A DNA stretch of 64,000 nucleotides from a virus. Shown piece by piece: positions 20,017-29,531 of the stretch. Location of the stretch: the IMG/VR virus record IMGVR_UViG_3300002098_001673, positions 1 through 64,000 of that record; one strand, given 5' to 3'. The translations under genes were made by a program, and so were the position numbers. Each line of letters opens with the position of its first letter. Position 1 is the stretch's first letter. A model generated the notes under the pieces. That model was not told the origin of the DNA. It worked only from the letters and a program-made list of their open reading frames with translations, and did not search any database.

Positions 20017-22449
20017 TTATGATGAACATCCGAAACATTCTATATCCATATTTTCAGGTTTTTTGGGTAAATTTAGATAACTATAGTCAATTTTTTGAAC
20101 TTCAGGTAATGGTTTTTGTTTTTCCATTTTTGAAATATCAACAGCTAAATGTTTTGCTCCTGTTGAAATTGCTTTAGTTCTAACATAATAACACAATGTT
20201 TTTAATCCTTTCTCCCATGAATGAAAATGTGAGGAAGATATTTTTGATAAAGTTGGAGCTGACATATATATATTCATTGATTGTGATTGGTCAATAAATG
20301 GTGCTCTATCCGCCGCCATATTAATAAGTTCTTTTTGTGATATCTCCCAAATTGTTTTGTACTTACTAATAAGATGTTCAATTCTTTTAACTTTTTTATT
20401 ATAATTTTTTTCTTCAGTATCAAGATATTTGTTAAAATTAATATTTTGAATTGAACCTTCATTTAAAATAATTTCATTCTTTAAATCTTCACACCATATA
20501 TCAATTTTTTCAAAATCAGCAATTAGATATTTATTTACAATCATAATTTCTCCACCAACAACTCTTCTATTAAATAAAGCAGAATGTGCTGGTTCTGTCA
20601 TTTCAAATGAACCTGTAATCTTTGCGGATGATGCTACGGGCATTTGAGCGGTCATTAAACTATTACATAGTCCATATTTTTTAACATCATCTTTAAGTGA
20701 TTCCCAATTATACATTCCAGATAATTCTGAACTATCTACTCCCCACATATCAAATTGGAATATTCCTTTAGACATTGGAGAACCTTCAAATAATTTATAT
20801 GGTTTTCTAATACCTAATTTACATAATTGATTGCTTTCAAAAATAGCCGAATAGTAAATTGTTTCAAAAATATTCTTATTAAGTTTTTTAGCTTCTTCAG
20901 ATGTGAATATATAATCCATTAAATAAAATACATCAGCAAGTCCCTGAGTTCCAATTGCAATTGCTCTTTGTTCAAGACCTCCTTTTAATCCTTTATCTGT
21001 TGAATAGATATTAATATCAATAACATTATTTAATGCTCTAACCACTTTTTTTGTTTCATTGGATAAAAGATTATAATCAAACTTACCTTCTTTAATAAAG
21101 TTTTTTAAAACCATTGATGATAAGGTACATATTGCCGTTGTTTCTTCATCAGTATATTGGTATATCTCATTACAAAGATTTGATTGTTTAATAACACCAA
21201 TGTTTTGATGGTTAGTTTTTTTATTAGCATTATCCTTAGAACATAAATATGGAACTCCAGTCTCAACTTGAGACTCGATTACTTTAGACCAAATTTCTTG
21301 AGCTTTAACTTTTTTACCGATGCCAAGAGAAACTGCTTTATTATAATTCTCCTCATACTCATCACCATAACATTCTTGTAATGGTTTAATATTGTTTTTA
21401 ATAATATCGTTTGGACAGAACAAATACCAATCAGAATTATTTTTAACCGCTCTCATGAAATTATCAGGAATCCATAGTGCTGTGAACAAATCTCTTGCTC
21501 TCATTTCTTCAGCACCTGTGTTCTTTTTAATCTCTAACAAGTCAATAATATCTTTATGCCAAGGTTCAAGATATATTGCAGCACTACCAGGTCTTCTTCC
21601 TTGTTGATTAAAGAATCTCAAGGATTCATTAACAATTTTCAAATACTTTAATAAACCTCCAGCATATCCTCCAGACGAATTAATTCTACTTTCTTTACTC
21701 CTTATATTAGACATACATAATCCAATACCGGCAGCGTCTGCAGAGTATGTTGAAACATCTTTAACAGTATCGAGTAATCCTTGTCTTGAATCTGAATTGT
21801 TGTAATGTAATACACAAGAAGCTAATTGAGGTATTTTAGTACCTGAATTAATCATAATTGGAGTTGCTGGTGAAATAAGTTGATTTGATAATGAATTATA
21901 ATAATCAACCGCTTCTTCAAATGTATTTGTTAACCATAGAGCAACACGCATATACATATGTTGAGGTCTTTCAACTACTTTACCTTGTGGTGTTTTTAAC
22001 AAATACATTTCCTGTAAAGACCTCCAAGCAAAATAATCAAAATTATAATCACCATCATGGTTGACAATAGAATCAACATTAGATGGTCCATAATCTTCAA
22101 TTATTTTAATTAATTTATCATGAACAATACCTTCTTCATGTAAAGTTTTCATAGTATTATAGAAACTATCATCAGTTTCTTTATGATACATGGATATTGC
22201 AACTGATGATGCTAATCTAGAATAATCATGATGACTTCCAGTATATGCTGCAGCAATCTCACATATAAGTTTATCTAATTCTTTTGTGGTTATCATTCCT
22301 TCTGTTGGTACAGATGTTATAACTTTAATGAATATTTCATCAGAATTGACATTTAATCCTTTTGCAGCCCTTTTAATTCTATTGTATATTTTTTGTGGAT
22401 TAAAGGATGCGTCCTCACCACTTCTTTTTTTAATTTTTAATGACATCAT
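20017..22449 (-). CDS. nrdA: Ribonucleoside-diphosphate reductase alpha subunit, class Ia, with ATP-cone
   Basis: N-terminal IKKRSG...KIYNRI ATP-cone; SPATP, QLASC, SNLCNEI, CTLSS, AQMPVASS, FIDQSQS, GLKTLCYYVR; C-terminal ECFGCSS. Confidence 0.97.
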   Translation of the reverse strand: MMSLKIKKRSGEDASFNPQKIYNRIKRAAKGLNVNSDEIFIKVITSVPTEGMITTKELDKLICEIAAAYTGSHHDYSRLASSVAISMYHKETDDSFYNTMKTLHEEGIVHDKLIKIIEDYGPSNVDSIVNHDGDYNFDYFAWRSLQEMYLLKTPQGKVVERPQHMYMRVALWLTNTFEEAVDYYNSLSNQLISPATPIMINSGTKIPQLASCVLHYNNSDSRQGLLDTVKDVSTYSADAAGIGLCMSNIRSKESRINSSGGYAGGLLKYLKIVNESLRFFNQQGRRPGSAAIYLEPWHKDIIDLLEIKKNTGAEEMRARDLFTALWIPDNFMRAVKNNSDWYLFCPNDIIKNNIKPLQECYGDEYEENYNKAVSLGIGKKVKAQEIWSKVIESQVETGVPYLCSKDNANKKTNHQNIGVIKQSNLCNEIYQYTDEETTAICTLSSMVLKNFIKEGKFDYNLLSNETKKVVRALNNVIDINIYSTDKGLKGGLEQRAIAIGTQGLADVFYLMDYIFTSEEAKKLNKNIFETIYYSAIFESNQLCKLGIRKPYKLFEGSPMSKGIFQFDMWGVDSSELSGMYNWESLKDDVKKYGLCNSLMTAQMPVASSAKITGSFEMTEPAHSALFNRRVVGGEIMIVNKYLIADFEKIDIWCEDLKNEIILNEGSIQNINFNKYLDTEEKNYNKKVKRIEHLISKYKTIWEISQKELINMAADRAPFIDQSQSMNIYMSAPTLSKISSSHFHSWEKGLKTLCYYVRTKAISTGAKHLAVDISKMEKQKPLPEVQKIDYSYLNLPKKPENMDIECFGCSS

Positions 22450-22467
22450 AGTAAATAATATAATAAA

Positions 22468-23424
22468 TTAGAAATCAGAATCAAATGATAATGTCTCATT
22501 TAATTTTGCTTTTTGGTACTCAACAGTTCTTGATTCGAAAAAATTACCTTTTGTTTCAACAGCAATTTGTTCCATAAATTTAAATGGTTGTTCAACATTA
22601 AATTCTTTTTTACATCCAAATTTAATTAAAAGACCATCAACAACAAATTCAAGATATTGTTTCATTAAACTATGATTCATTCCAATGAGAGATACCGGTA
22701 ATGATTCTGTGATAAATTCTTTTTCAATATCTAAAGCAGATAAAAGTATTTCTCTTATTTTTTTCTCACTTGGTTTATTATCTAAATGATTATTAACTAA
22801 ATGTATTGCAAAGTCACAATGAAGATTTTCATCTTTAAAAATAAGAGAATTAGCGTTACATAACCCTTGCATAATTCCTCTAGACTTTAACCAAAAAATA
22901 GAACAAAAAGACCCAGAAAAGAAAATCCCTTCAACCGCAGCAAATGCAATAAGTCTTTCTTGAAAAGACGCAGTTTCAATCCAATCAAGAGCCCATTTAG
23001 CCTTTTTTTGAACAGCTGGTAAATTATCTAAAGCTGTAAAACATTTATGTTTTTCTTCTTCATTTGATATATAAGTGTCAATAAGTAATGAATACATCAA
23101 GCTATGAATGTTTTCCATCATTAATTGAAACCCATAGAAAAACTTTGCTTCAGGATATTGAACTTCTCTATAAAAATTTTCAGCCAAATTTTCATTAACA
23201 ATTCCATCGGACGCTGCAAAAAACGATAATATATTTTTAATAAAATATTGTTCATTTTCAGTTAAATTATTCCAATCTCTAATATCTCCAGTTAAATCAA
23301 TTTCTTCCGCAGTCCATAAAGCAGCTTGATGCATTTTATAATATTCCCAAATATCGTTGTGTTGAATTGGGAATATCACAAATCGATTAGGATTCTCTAC
23401 TAATATTCTTTCTTTTGTTTCCAT
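22468..23424 (-). CDS. nrdB: Ribonucleoside-diphosphate reductase beta subunit
   Basis: WTAEEID, FFAASDGIVNENL, MENIHSLMY, VEGIFFSGSF, KDENLH, NFFE. Confidence 0.97.
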   Translation of the reverse strand: METKERILVENPNRFVIFPIQHNDIWEYYKMHQAALWTAEEIDLTGDIRDWNNLTENEQYFIKNILSFFAASDGIVNENLAENFYREVQYPEAKFFYGFQLMMENIHSLMYSLLIDTYISNEEEKHKCFTALDNLPAVQKKAKWALDWIETASFQERLIAFAAVEGIFFSGSFCSIFWLKSRGIMQGLCNANSLIFKDENLHCDFAIHLVNNHLDNKPSEKKIREILLSALDIEKEFITESLPVSLIGMNHSLMKQYLEFVVDGLLIKFGCKKEFNVEQPFKFMEQIAVETKGNFFESRTVEYQKAKLNETLSFDSDF

Positions 23425-23440
23425 TTTTATTTTTTTAAAT

Positions 23441-24814
23441 TTATAATTTTTGTTCTCTATTTTTTCTTTTCTCTAATAATTCCTTAACTCTATCTTTTTT
23501 TCTTTCTTCTTGCTGTTCTTCAAATCCTAAAAATGTTACAGAACTTTCAGTGTCTATTTCGAGAAGTTCGTTATTAAACTTACAATTCTCAAATACAACA
23601 CCATCTTTACCTATTCTTGATTTAGTTATAGCTATTGTCGCTAAATTCATTTCTTTTTGTTGTAATGATTTTGCAACTGTGATAATAACGTGTCCTACTT
23701 GTGCCTTTTTAATTGAACCCCCCATTTGGTCTGTTGTTACAACATCTGAAGATATTGAAGACCTATTACCTTGGGTAGCCGTCCATCCAACAAGATTTAA
23801 TTCATGACACATAGATTCAAATCCTCTCATTACAGAACCTTCAGCTTTCCACTCATCTTTACTAGAACTTTCAGGTAATACACAATCAATATAATCCAAA
23901 AGAACTAAATCAATTTTTGTACCGTCAGCAATCATCTTTCTAACTTGATTCTTAATTTGGTTCATTGTCATACTATCAGATGCCAATTTCTTCAAAATTA
24001 ATTCATTTTTCATGGTATCATGAATATCATTAATCTTGGACATAACTTCTTCTTTATGAAGAACCAAATCATCTGGAGGTATTCCTGTCCAAAGAGTAAA
24101 ATGTTTCCTTTGTACAATCTTTGGATTGTCTTCAAAAAATATTTGAAGTACATTATATCCAAGATTAAAAGCAGTATTAGCAATCTTTGTTAGGATGGTT
24201 GTTTTACCCACACCTGTAGGTGCAAGTATAACCCCTATTTCACCCTTAGCTAATCCACCCTTAAGTAGTTTATCTATTCCCGGTATACCTATTGGTATTG
24301 GGTGTCTAAAATCCTCATCAAGTACCGTATCTAAATTAGAGAAGATATCTGTTATTCCAGTATCTCTTTCCCCAACTTGCAAAGCTTCTCTAACTAATCC
24401 TTCAACTTTATCATATGATTCAAAATCACCTTCATTTATAATCTTTTGAGCTTTGTCCATGGCTTTTTGTAATTCCTGTTGTTTACAGAATTTCAAAGCC
24501 TTTTCTTGTACAAAAGTTACTCCTTCAAATGGTGCTTCTTTAACTTGTTTTAATGTATCTAAAACAATTTTAGCAACAAGTTCCTGTGTGATTTCAGATT
24601 TTACAATTTGTTCAAGGGTATCGAATGTTGGTGTTGATTCGTATTTTGAATAATATTCTTTTGTCATTTGTAAAATGATTTTGAAATATTTGTTATCAAA
24701 ATAAACGCTCTCAATAACATCCATAATTGTTGAAGAGAATTCTTTATCTACAATTACCTGATTTAATAATTGTATTTGAAATGTGTTTCCTAAATAATCG
24801 AAATTCTTATTCAT
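23441..24814 (-). CDS. dnaB: Replicative helicase, DnaB / T4 gp41-like
   Basis: Walker A APTGVGKT, LLDYID, WTATQGNR, KSRIG. Confidence 0.9.
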   Translation of the reverse strand: MNKNFDYLGNTFQIQLLNQVIVDKEFSSTIMDVIESVYFDNKYFKIILQMTKEYYSKYESTPTFDTLEQIVKSEITQELVAKIVLDTLKQVKEAPFEGVTFVQEKALKFCKQQELQKAMDKAQKIINEGDFESYDKVEGLVREALQVGERDTGITDIFSNLDTVLDEDFRHPIPIGIPGIDKLLKGGLAKGEIGVILAPTGVGKTTILTKIANTAFNLGYNVLQIFFEDNPKIVQRKHFTLWTGIPPDDLVLHKEEVMSKINDIHDTMKNELILKKLASDSMTMNQIKNQVRKMIADGTKIDLVLLDYIDCVLPESSSKDEWKAEGSVMRGFESMCHELNLVGWTATQGNRSSISSDVVTTDQMGGSIKKAQVGHVIITVAKSLQQKEMNLATIAITKSRIGKDGVVFENCKFNNELLEIDTESSVTFLGFEEQQEERKKDRVKELLEKRKNREQKL

Positions 24815-24843
24815 AATATTATTGACCCTTATTAATTAAATAC

Positions 24844-25305
24844 TTAGTTACTCAAATCAAATTCCAAATATTCGTAATTTAATCTATCATCTGAAAAGAT
24901 GTCAGTTAACTCTCTAAGTACGTCTTTTAAAAATGGTCTTACATCAACTGTATAACGAACTTTCGGTGGAAACATTTTACCATCAAAAATTCTATGACAA
25001 ATTGTCTGCTCACCAATCTTAACGAAGATATTAAAAATTTCAGGTCCTTCAGTAAAAGATGTCTCCATTATGTTTGGGTCAGCCATAATTGATTCCATAT
25101 TATCCATCATATAGGATACTGTTTTCATCTTCAAATAATATTGAAGGTCTTCCTTAAGAGATTTGATATACTCATACAAATCCACTGAATTTTTTGCTAT
25201 AGGATTATATCCTCTAACATTAAAAAATCTTTGTACGATAATATTATCGTTTAGCGTTAAAAGAAATTCAATTTTTGTGATTTCTTGTTCTCTCATTGTG
25301 CTCAT
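24844..25305 (-). CDS. Hypothetical protein in replication cluster
   Basis: 153-aa ORF between exonuclease and helicase. Confidence 0.75.
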   Translation of the reverse strand: MSTMREQEITKIEFLLTLNDNIIVQRFFNVRGYNPIAKNSVDLYEYIKSLKEDLQYYLKMKTVSYMMDNMESIMADPNIMETSFTEGPEIFNIFVKIGEQTICHRIFDGKMFPPKVRYTVDVRPFLKDVLRELTDIFSDDRLNYEYLEFDLSN

Positions 25306-25309
25306 TTTT

Positions 25310-26302
25310 TTATTTTTTTCGTTTTTCTTTTCTTATTAATTTCATAAATGGTGTGAGGAAATTTACCCAAGCTTCGTCATTCTTGGGAAGATACTTAAAG
25401 AGACCATCTTCCATCATCATTCTCATTAAGTTCTTGTACCCCCTATCTGTGGGGTCAATTGTGTCGGTAATTATTTGTTCAACTAATTTTTTTGCATTCT
25501 CTGTAATTAAGGGGTTAGATAAATCGACTATTTTTTTGTTTGTTAAGTAAAACTCTTCACCAAGTATACCGCTTTTTGTTTTACCAGTCAAAATATTTTC
25601 TAATACTTTTGATTTTTTTTCTTGCATGATATTTACGGCATTAACTCGTATTTCGTCTACAGTGCATGGTTTAACCAACATGTCAGGGAATAATTTAACT
25701 AAAGTTTTTTCTCCTAACCCTTCAATACCATTAATATTGTCAGAATTATCTCCAGTAAGAATTTTACAAGTTAAGACATTATAGTGGGGGATTTGAACTT
25801 TATTGATAGTAATCATATCACCCTGTTTAAAGTACTGTTTTGAGTTTGGTGAGTAAACGGATACTTTGTCCGAGATAAGTTGTGTGAGGTCTTTATCTGA
25901 TGAAAAAATGGTAATTTCTTCGTTGATTGCTATTTTACAATAGTATGATATAAGGTCGTCACCTTCGTTATGCGGTATTTCAACTTGTCTAACAAATACC
26001 TCTTCAAGATATTCTTTAATACGAGCGTTTTGAGTTAAATATGATTCGAGTTTATACTCATTCATATCTTGTTTTCTATTTCCTTTATATTGTGGATAAA
26101 GTTCTTTGCGAGCGGATGAACTATTTTCGGCATCCCACATGACAACTACTTTATCGTAGTTATGTTCCTCAAGGAATTTCCGAATTGTATTTATAAAGTG
26201 GTAAATAGCACCTAAATGACTTCCATCACTGTAAAGGTCTTTTACCCCATGGAAACCAATCTTCATTAGATTGGCACCATCTATTAATAATGTTTTTTTC
26301 AA
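25310..26302 (-). CDS. 5'-3' exonuclease / flap endonuclease (T4 RNase H, PolI N-terminal-like)
   Basis: LLIDGAN, RKELYPQYKGNR, EGDDLI, SSDKDLTQL, LTGDNSDNINGIEGLGEKT; TTG start. Confidence 0.93.
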   Translation of the reverse strand: MKKTLLIDGANLMKIGFHGVKDLYSDGSHLGAIYHFINTIRKFLEEHNYDKVVVMWDAENSSSARKELYPQYKGNRKQDMNEYKLESYLTQNARIKEYLEEVFVRQVEIPHNEGDDLISYYCKIAINEEITIFSSDKDLTQLISDKVSVYSPNSKQYFKQGDMITINKVQIPHYNVLTCKILTGDNSDNINGIEGLGEKTLVKLFPDMLVKPCTVDEIRVNAVNIMQEKKSKVLENILTGKTKSGILGEEFYLTNKKIVDLSNPLITENAKKLVEQIITDTIDPTDRGYKNLMRMMMEDGLFKYLPKNDEAWVNFLTPFMKLIRKEKRKK

Positions 26303-26318
26303 TTAAACCTATTTAAGG

Positions 26319-26477
26319 TTAAACAATAATTTTGTTACTCTTTTTGATATTATTTTCCGCCCATAATGGTTGGAGATTTGTATAATGACATAATTCATAA
26401 AATTCACCTTCTGTTTTTGCAGATGATAATGGAATGATGTGGTCAATATGCCATTTACCCTGATTATCCAAATTCAT
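26319..26477 (-). pseudogene. N-terminally truncated HNH endonuclease remnant (not in ORF track)
   Basis: Manual translation: MNLDNQGKWHIDHIIPLSSAKTEGEFYELCHYTNLQPLWAENNIKKSNKIIV*, which aligns with the C-terminus of the 60606-61220 HNH. In-frame TGA 13 codons upstream. Confidence 0.8.
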
Positions 26478-26544
26478 ACCTAATATAAATTTTTCTTTTT
26501 CCCATATTAGTAAATGTCATTAAAAAATATAATTATTTATATTT

Positions 26545-27528
26545 TTATTCAGTAATCTCGTCTTCAGTTTCATCAAGTTTAATTTCACCATCACCACTAA
26601 GTATTCCATTCCAATATTGGGAATATTCTTTCTTATATACCTCCAAAGCCTCCTTAGTATCTTCAATATATCCTTGAGGAACAGCAATTAATTTACCATC
26701 AGAATAACCCAAACCATTTACGTGATTTTTTAATATTGAGATTTTAGTTCTAATTGCGTATCTAACAGTTCTTCCTCCTTTGGTTGCTGTGATATGATTA
26801 ATACCAGAGCTTGCTTGATTACCAAAAAGGAATACTAATGAAGACGCCAACCATACCGCTTCACCACCCTTACTCTTAATAGTTGGTTGCCCGAATGGAT
26901 TATCCGGTAAAGCCACCCAAGGCTGATTTACAACAACTAATGTGTTATAATAAGCATAATCTTCTTTTTTTGATTTGGAAATTCTTGAATGAACTCCCAT
27001 ACCTATTTTATCAGCAAGTGCTGCGGCATTGTGCATTTTTCCACCACGACCTTCAAATGTCATCTTACAAGGAACACTGCCTACTGAATCCCAAAGGAAT
27101 AAAATAGATTGTTTAATATCTCCTTTTTCTTGAGCGTCAATAACTTCATTAATAAAATCCGTAACTTGTTCAATATAATCGAATCCGTCATTGAAGATGA
27201 AGTCTCCGTCCCACTCACCATCTGAGTTCTTCTTGGCATCCAATCCTAACTCAACAGCATGTTCCCATGACCATTTCTTTTCTGTAATAATAAAAACAGG
27301 TAGGTGTCCTTTCTTTTGAGCATCTGCAGCTGCTAATATCATAGCAGTTGTTTTAGAACTATTACTATGTCCTAAAAACATATTAATACCGCCCATAACA
27401 GGTCCAGGTATTCCACAAGCATTTAAAAACGCTTCTCCACAATTATAATAATTTGTTTCTTTATACTTTGTTTTAGTTGAAAATTTATCTTTAAATCCTC
27501 CGCTACCTTCTTTTTTCTTGATTGCCAT
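26545..27528 (-). CDS. uvsX: RecA/UvsX-like recombinase
   Basis: P-loop GHSNSSKTT, FIITEKK, LFLWDSVGS, VVVNQ, KGGEAV, KNHV; adjacent to SSB. Confidence 0.85.
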   Translation of the reverse strand: MAIKKKEGSGGFKDKFSTKTKYKETNYYNCGEAFLNACGIPGPVMGGINMFLGHSNSSKTTAMILAAADAQKKGHLPVFIITEKKWSWEHAVELGLDAKKNSDGEWDGDFIFNDGFDYIEQVTDFINEVIDAQEKGDIKQSILFLWDSVGSVPCKMTFEGRGGKMHNAAALADKIGMGVHSRISKSKKEDYAYYNTLVVVNQPWVALPDNPFGQPTIKSKGGEAVWLASSLVFLFGNQASSGINHITATKGGRTVRYAIRTKISILKNHVNGLGYSDGKLIAVPQGYIEDTKEALEVYKKEYSQYWNGILSGDGEIKLDETEDEITE

Positions 27529-27570
27529 TTGTATTTTTTAATGATAGATATTTTTATTACAAATAAAATT

Positions 27571-27606
27571 ATCATGTATGGTACCATATAAGATACCATA
27601 CATGAT
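27571..27606 (-). terminator. Hairpin after SSB gene
   Basis: atcatgtatggta / taccatacatgat, 13-bp perfect stem; weak U-tract. Confidence 0.55.
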
Positions 27607-27616
27607 TTTAATTTTA

Positions 27617-28471
27617 TTAAAACGGTAAGTTTTCATCTGGCTCATCATTAGCCTGTGGGTCAACATACTTGTCTTTGGATTTTCCACCTCCAACAGATAC
27701 TGTTGATTCGATATTATTTTCATAAACATATCCACCCTTATCCATATCCCAACGTGGTGTTTCTCCACGAGCAATTGCTTCAAGATATTCAACAGGTTTT
27801 TTAGAATATACGTCAGTCCAAGTTTCAGTGTTATTAATCCACTCTTTAGCTTGTGCAGGTTCTGGATGAACAGGAGAAGCATCGTCATACATTATTGTCG
27901 ACACACTAGTATATTCTTTACCTTTACCTGTCTTTGATTTGGTTAATTCAATAACAAGGTCTCTACCTTTTTGAGCATCAGTAATATCTCCTTTGTTTCT
28001 CCAAATAGGAATAATCTTATCGAGAATACCCTCGTTCTTATAATTGTGTTTAAAACGCCAAAATTTTGGTCCGTCTTCTTCATGGTCTCTATCGATAACT
28101 TTGACAATATAAAACTTACGAGATTTATATTGTTTAGCCAATTCTTTGTCAGATTCTTTTCCTGTAGACATTAGCTCTTCATAAACTTCATTTAAAGGTG
28201 AACGTTCATTATCATTTTTTGCTGGGTCATAAAACTTTTGCCATTGACCACCAACTTGTATCTCATGATACCAAGCTTCTTTAAATGGTGAAGAACCATC
28301 AGATGTTGGTAGAATCCTAATTTTCCTTTGTCCTGTCCTTTCTTTATCTCCAAGAATAAGAGCAAAATACTTTTTCATTCTTTCATCTTGAGACATTTTG
28401 TTTTGGGCCCCGCCCGATGATTGTTTCGATTTTTCATACTGCGCCAATACGGCATCTAATGCATTACTCAT
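27617..28471 (-). CDS. Single-stranded DNA-binding protein, T4 gp32-like
   Basis: KIRILP...PFKEAWYH...LAKQYKSRKFYIVKVIDR...DITDAQKGRDL; acidic tail DEPDENLPF. Confidence 0.85.
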   Translation of the reverse strand: MSNALDAVLAQYEKSKQSSGGAQNKMSQDERMKKYFALILGDKERTGQRKIRILPTSDGSSPFKEAWYHEIQVGGQWQKFYDPAKNDNERSPLNEVYEELMSTGKESDKELAKQYKSRKFYIVKVIDRDHEEDGPKFWRFKHNYKNEGILDKIIPIWRNKGDITDAQKGRDLVIELTKSKTGKGKEYTSVSTIMYDDASPVHPEPAQAKEWINNTETWTDVYSKKPVEYLEAIARGETPRWDMDKGGYVYENNIESTVSVGGGKSKDKYVDPQANDEPDENLPF

Positions 28472-28505
28472 AATTTTTAAATTAAATTGTTTAGATTATT
28501 TAGTA

Positions 28506-28534
28506 AATATAGTAAATTATTGGTCTTATGTCAA
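28506..28534 (-). promoter_or_regulatory. Host-type promoter for the SSB-RecA-replication block
   Basis: Minus strand TTGACA-17 nt-TATATT; also reads TTTG-20 nt-TATATTTA, near the Bacteroidota TTTG/TAnnTTTG consensus. Directly follows a terminator. Confidence 0.65.
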
Positions 28535-28538
28535 ATAA

Positions 28539-28564
28539 AAAAGGTCACCAAATGGTGACCTTTT
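28539..28564 (-). terminator. Intrinsic terminator (possibly bidirectional)
   Basis: aaaaggtcacca-aa-tggtgacctttt, with A/T tracts on both sides. Confidence 0.75.
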
Positions 28565-28582
28565 AAAATAAATTTATTTTTA

Positions 28583-29263
28583 TTAATGTCCAAAATTACT
28601 TTCGTTATCTGTAGACGGCTGAAAAGAATTTTTAATATCGTTAGTATTAATATCAGTAATTTGGTCTGTAGTTAACACGTAATCATTTTTACCTGTTTTT
28701 TGCATTTCATCTTGTTTATCATCAAAAAAATCAGATAATTTTTGATTGAACGGATAAGAGTCATATGTCCTAAGTTCTAATTTTTCTTGTGGAGTTTTTT
28801 CTCTATACTTTTCAATTTTATTCTCAAGAGTATTAAGTTTATTCATTATTGAATCCATTTCAGATAATTTTTCTTCCATTTTAGAAATTTGTCCAAAAAG
28901 GTTTTCAAAATATTCATCTTGTTTTTTTTCAATACTTTTTTGTGAATCAACTAAATCAGTAACATCAAGTTCTTCAGAACTTGAATCTTTGTTTTCTTCT
29001 GACTCACCTTCGTCATCTATTTTTTCTACATCTTTATCAGCATTAACATCAATAACTTCAGGTTGCGCCGCGGTTTCTGATGAAGGTGTTCCTCCAGGTG
29101 GCGGCGGAGCAATTGCCCCTTCTTCACCAGGTGCTGGTGCTAAAGCCCCTAAATCAGCTCCAGGTTCCTCAGGAGGAGGTGGTGGAGCGTCTTGTTCTGT
29201 AATATAATTATTGATACTTTTGTATCTGGCAATTTCTTTTAATATTTTTTTATCTAAGCTCAT
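28583..29263 (-). CDS. Hypothetical acidic, Pro-rich, coiled-coil protein
   Basis: 226 aa; APPPPPEEPG segment and LFGQISKMEEKLSEMDSIMNKLNTLENKIEKY heptads. Confidence 0.75.
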   Translation of the reverse strand: MSLDKKILKEIARYKSINNYITEQDAPPPPPEEPGADLGALAPAPGEEGAIAPPPPGGTPSSETAAQPEVIDVNADKDVEKIDDEGESEENKDSSSEELDVTDLVDSQKSIEKKQDEYFENLFGQISKMEEKLSEMDSIMNKLNTLENKIEKYREKTPQEKLELRTYDSYPFNQKLSDFFDDKQDEMQKTGKNDYVLTTDQITDINTNDIKNSFQPSTDNESNFGH

Positions 29264-29267
29264 AGTG

Positions 29268-29492
29268 TTATCCGTTTAATAATTGTTTAATTCCTTTTGC
29301 TGTTTCAACTCTAACTTTTCTGTTTGCAGTAGTTTGATGACCTGCTCTTTCAATAAGACCATCTCTTTCTCTTACAGTATAACAATCTCCTGTGTCTAAA
29401 TCACAAACTTGTTTTGTTCCGTTTCCGTTATCTTCTTCAGAATATCTAACAGATTTTCCAAGATAATTATCTAATGACGATTTTAAATTCAT
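29268..29492 (-). CDS. Hypothetical small protein
   Basis: 74-aa ORF preceded by TATTTATA. Confidence 0.7.
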   Translation of the reverse strand: MNLKSSLDNYLGKSVRYSEEDNGNGTKQVCDLDTGDCYTVRERDGLIERAGHQTTANRKVRVETAKGIKQLLNG

Positions 29493-29531
29493 AAAATACT
29501 TTTTATATAAATATACGGTTAATGTATTAAA

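Noticed and set aside
27538-27888. 116-aa alternate-frame ORF over the SSB 3' end, and similar short nested ORFs elsewhere
   Set aside because: No recognisable motifs, and it runs through a terminator-like hairpin.
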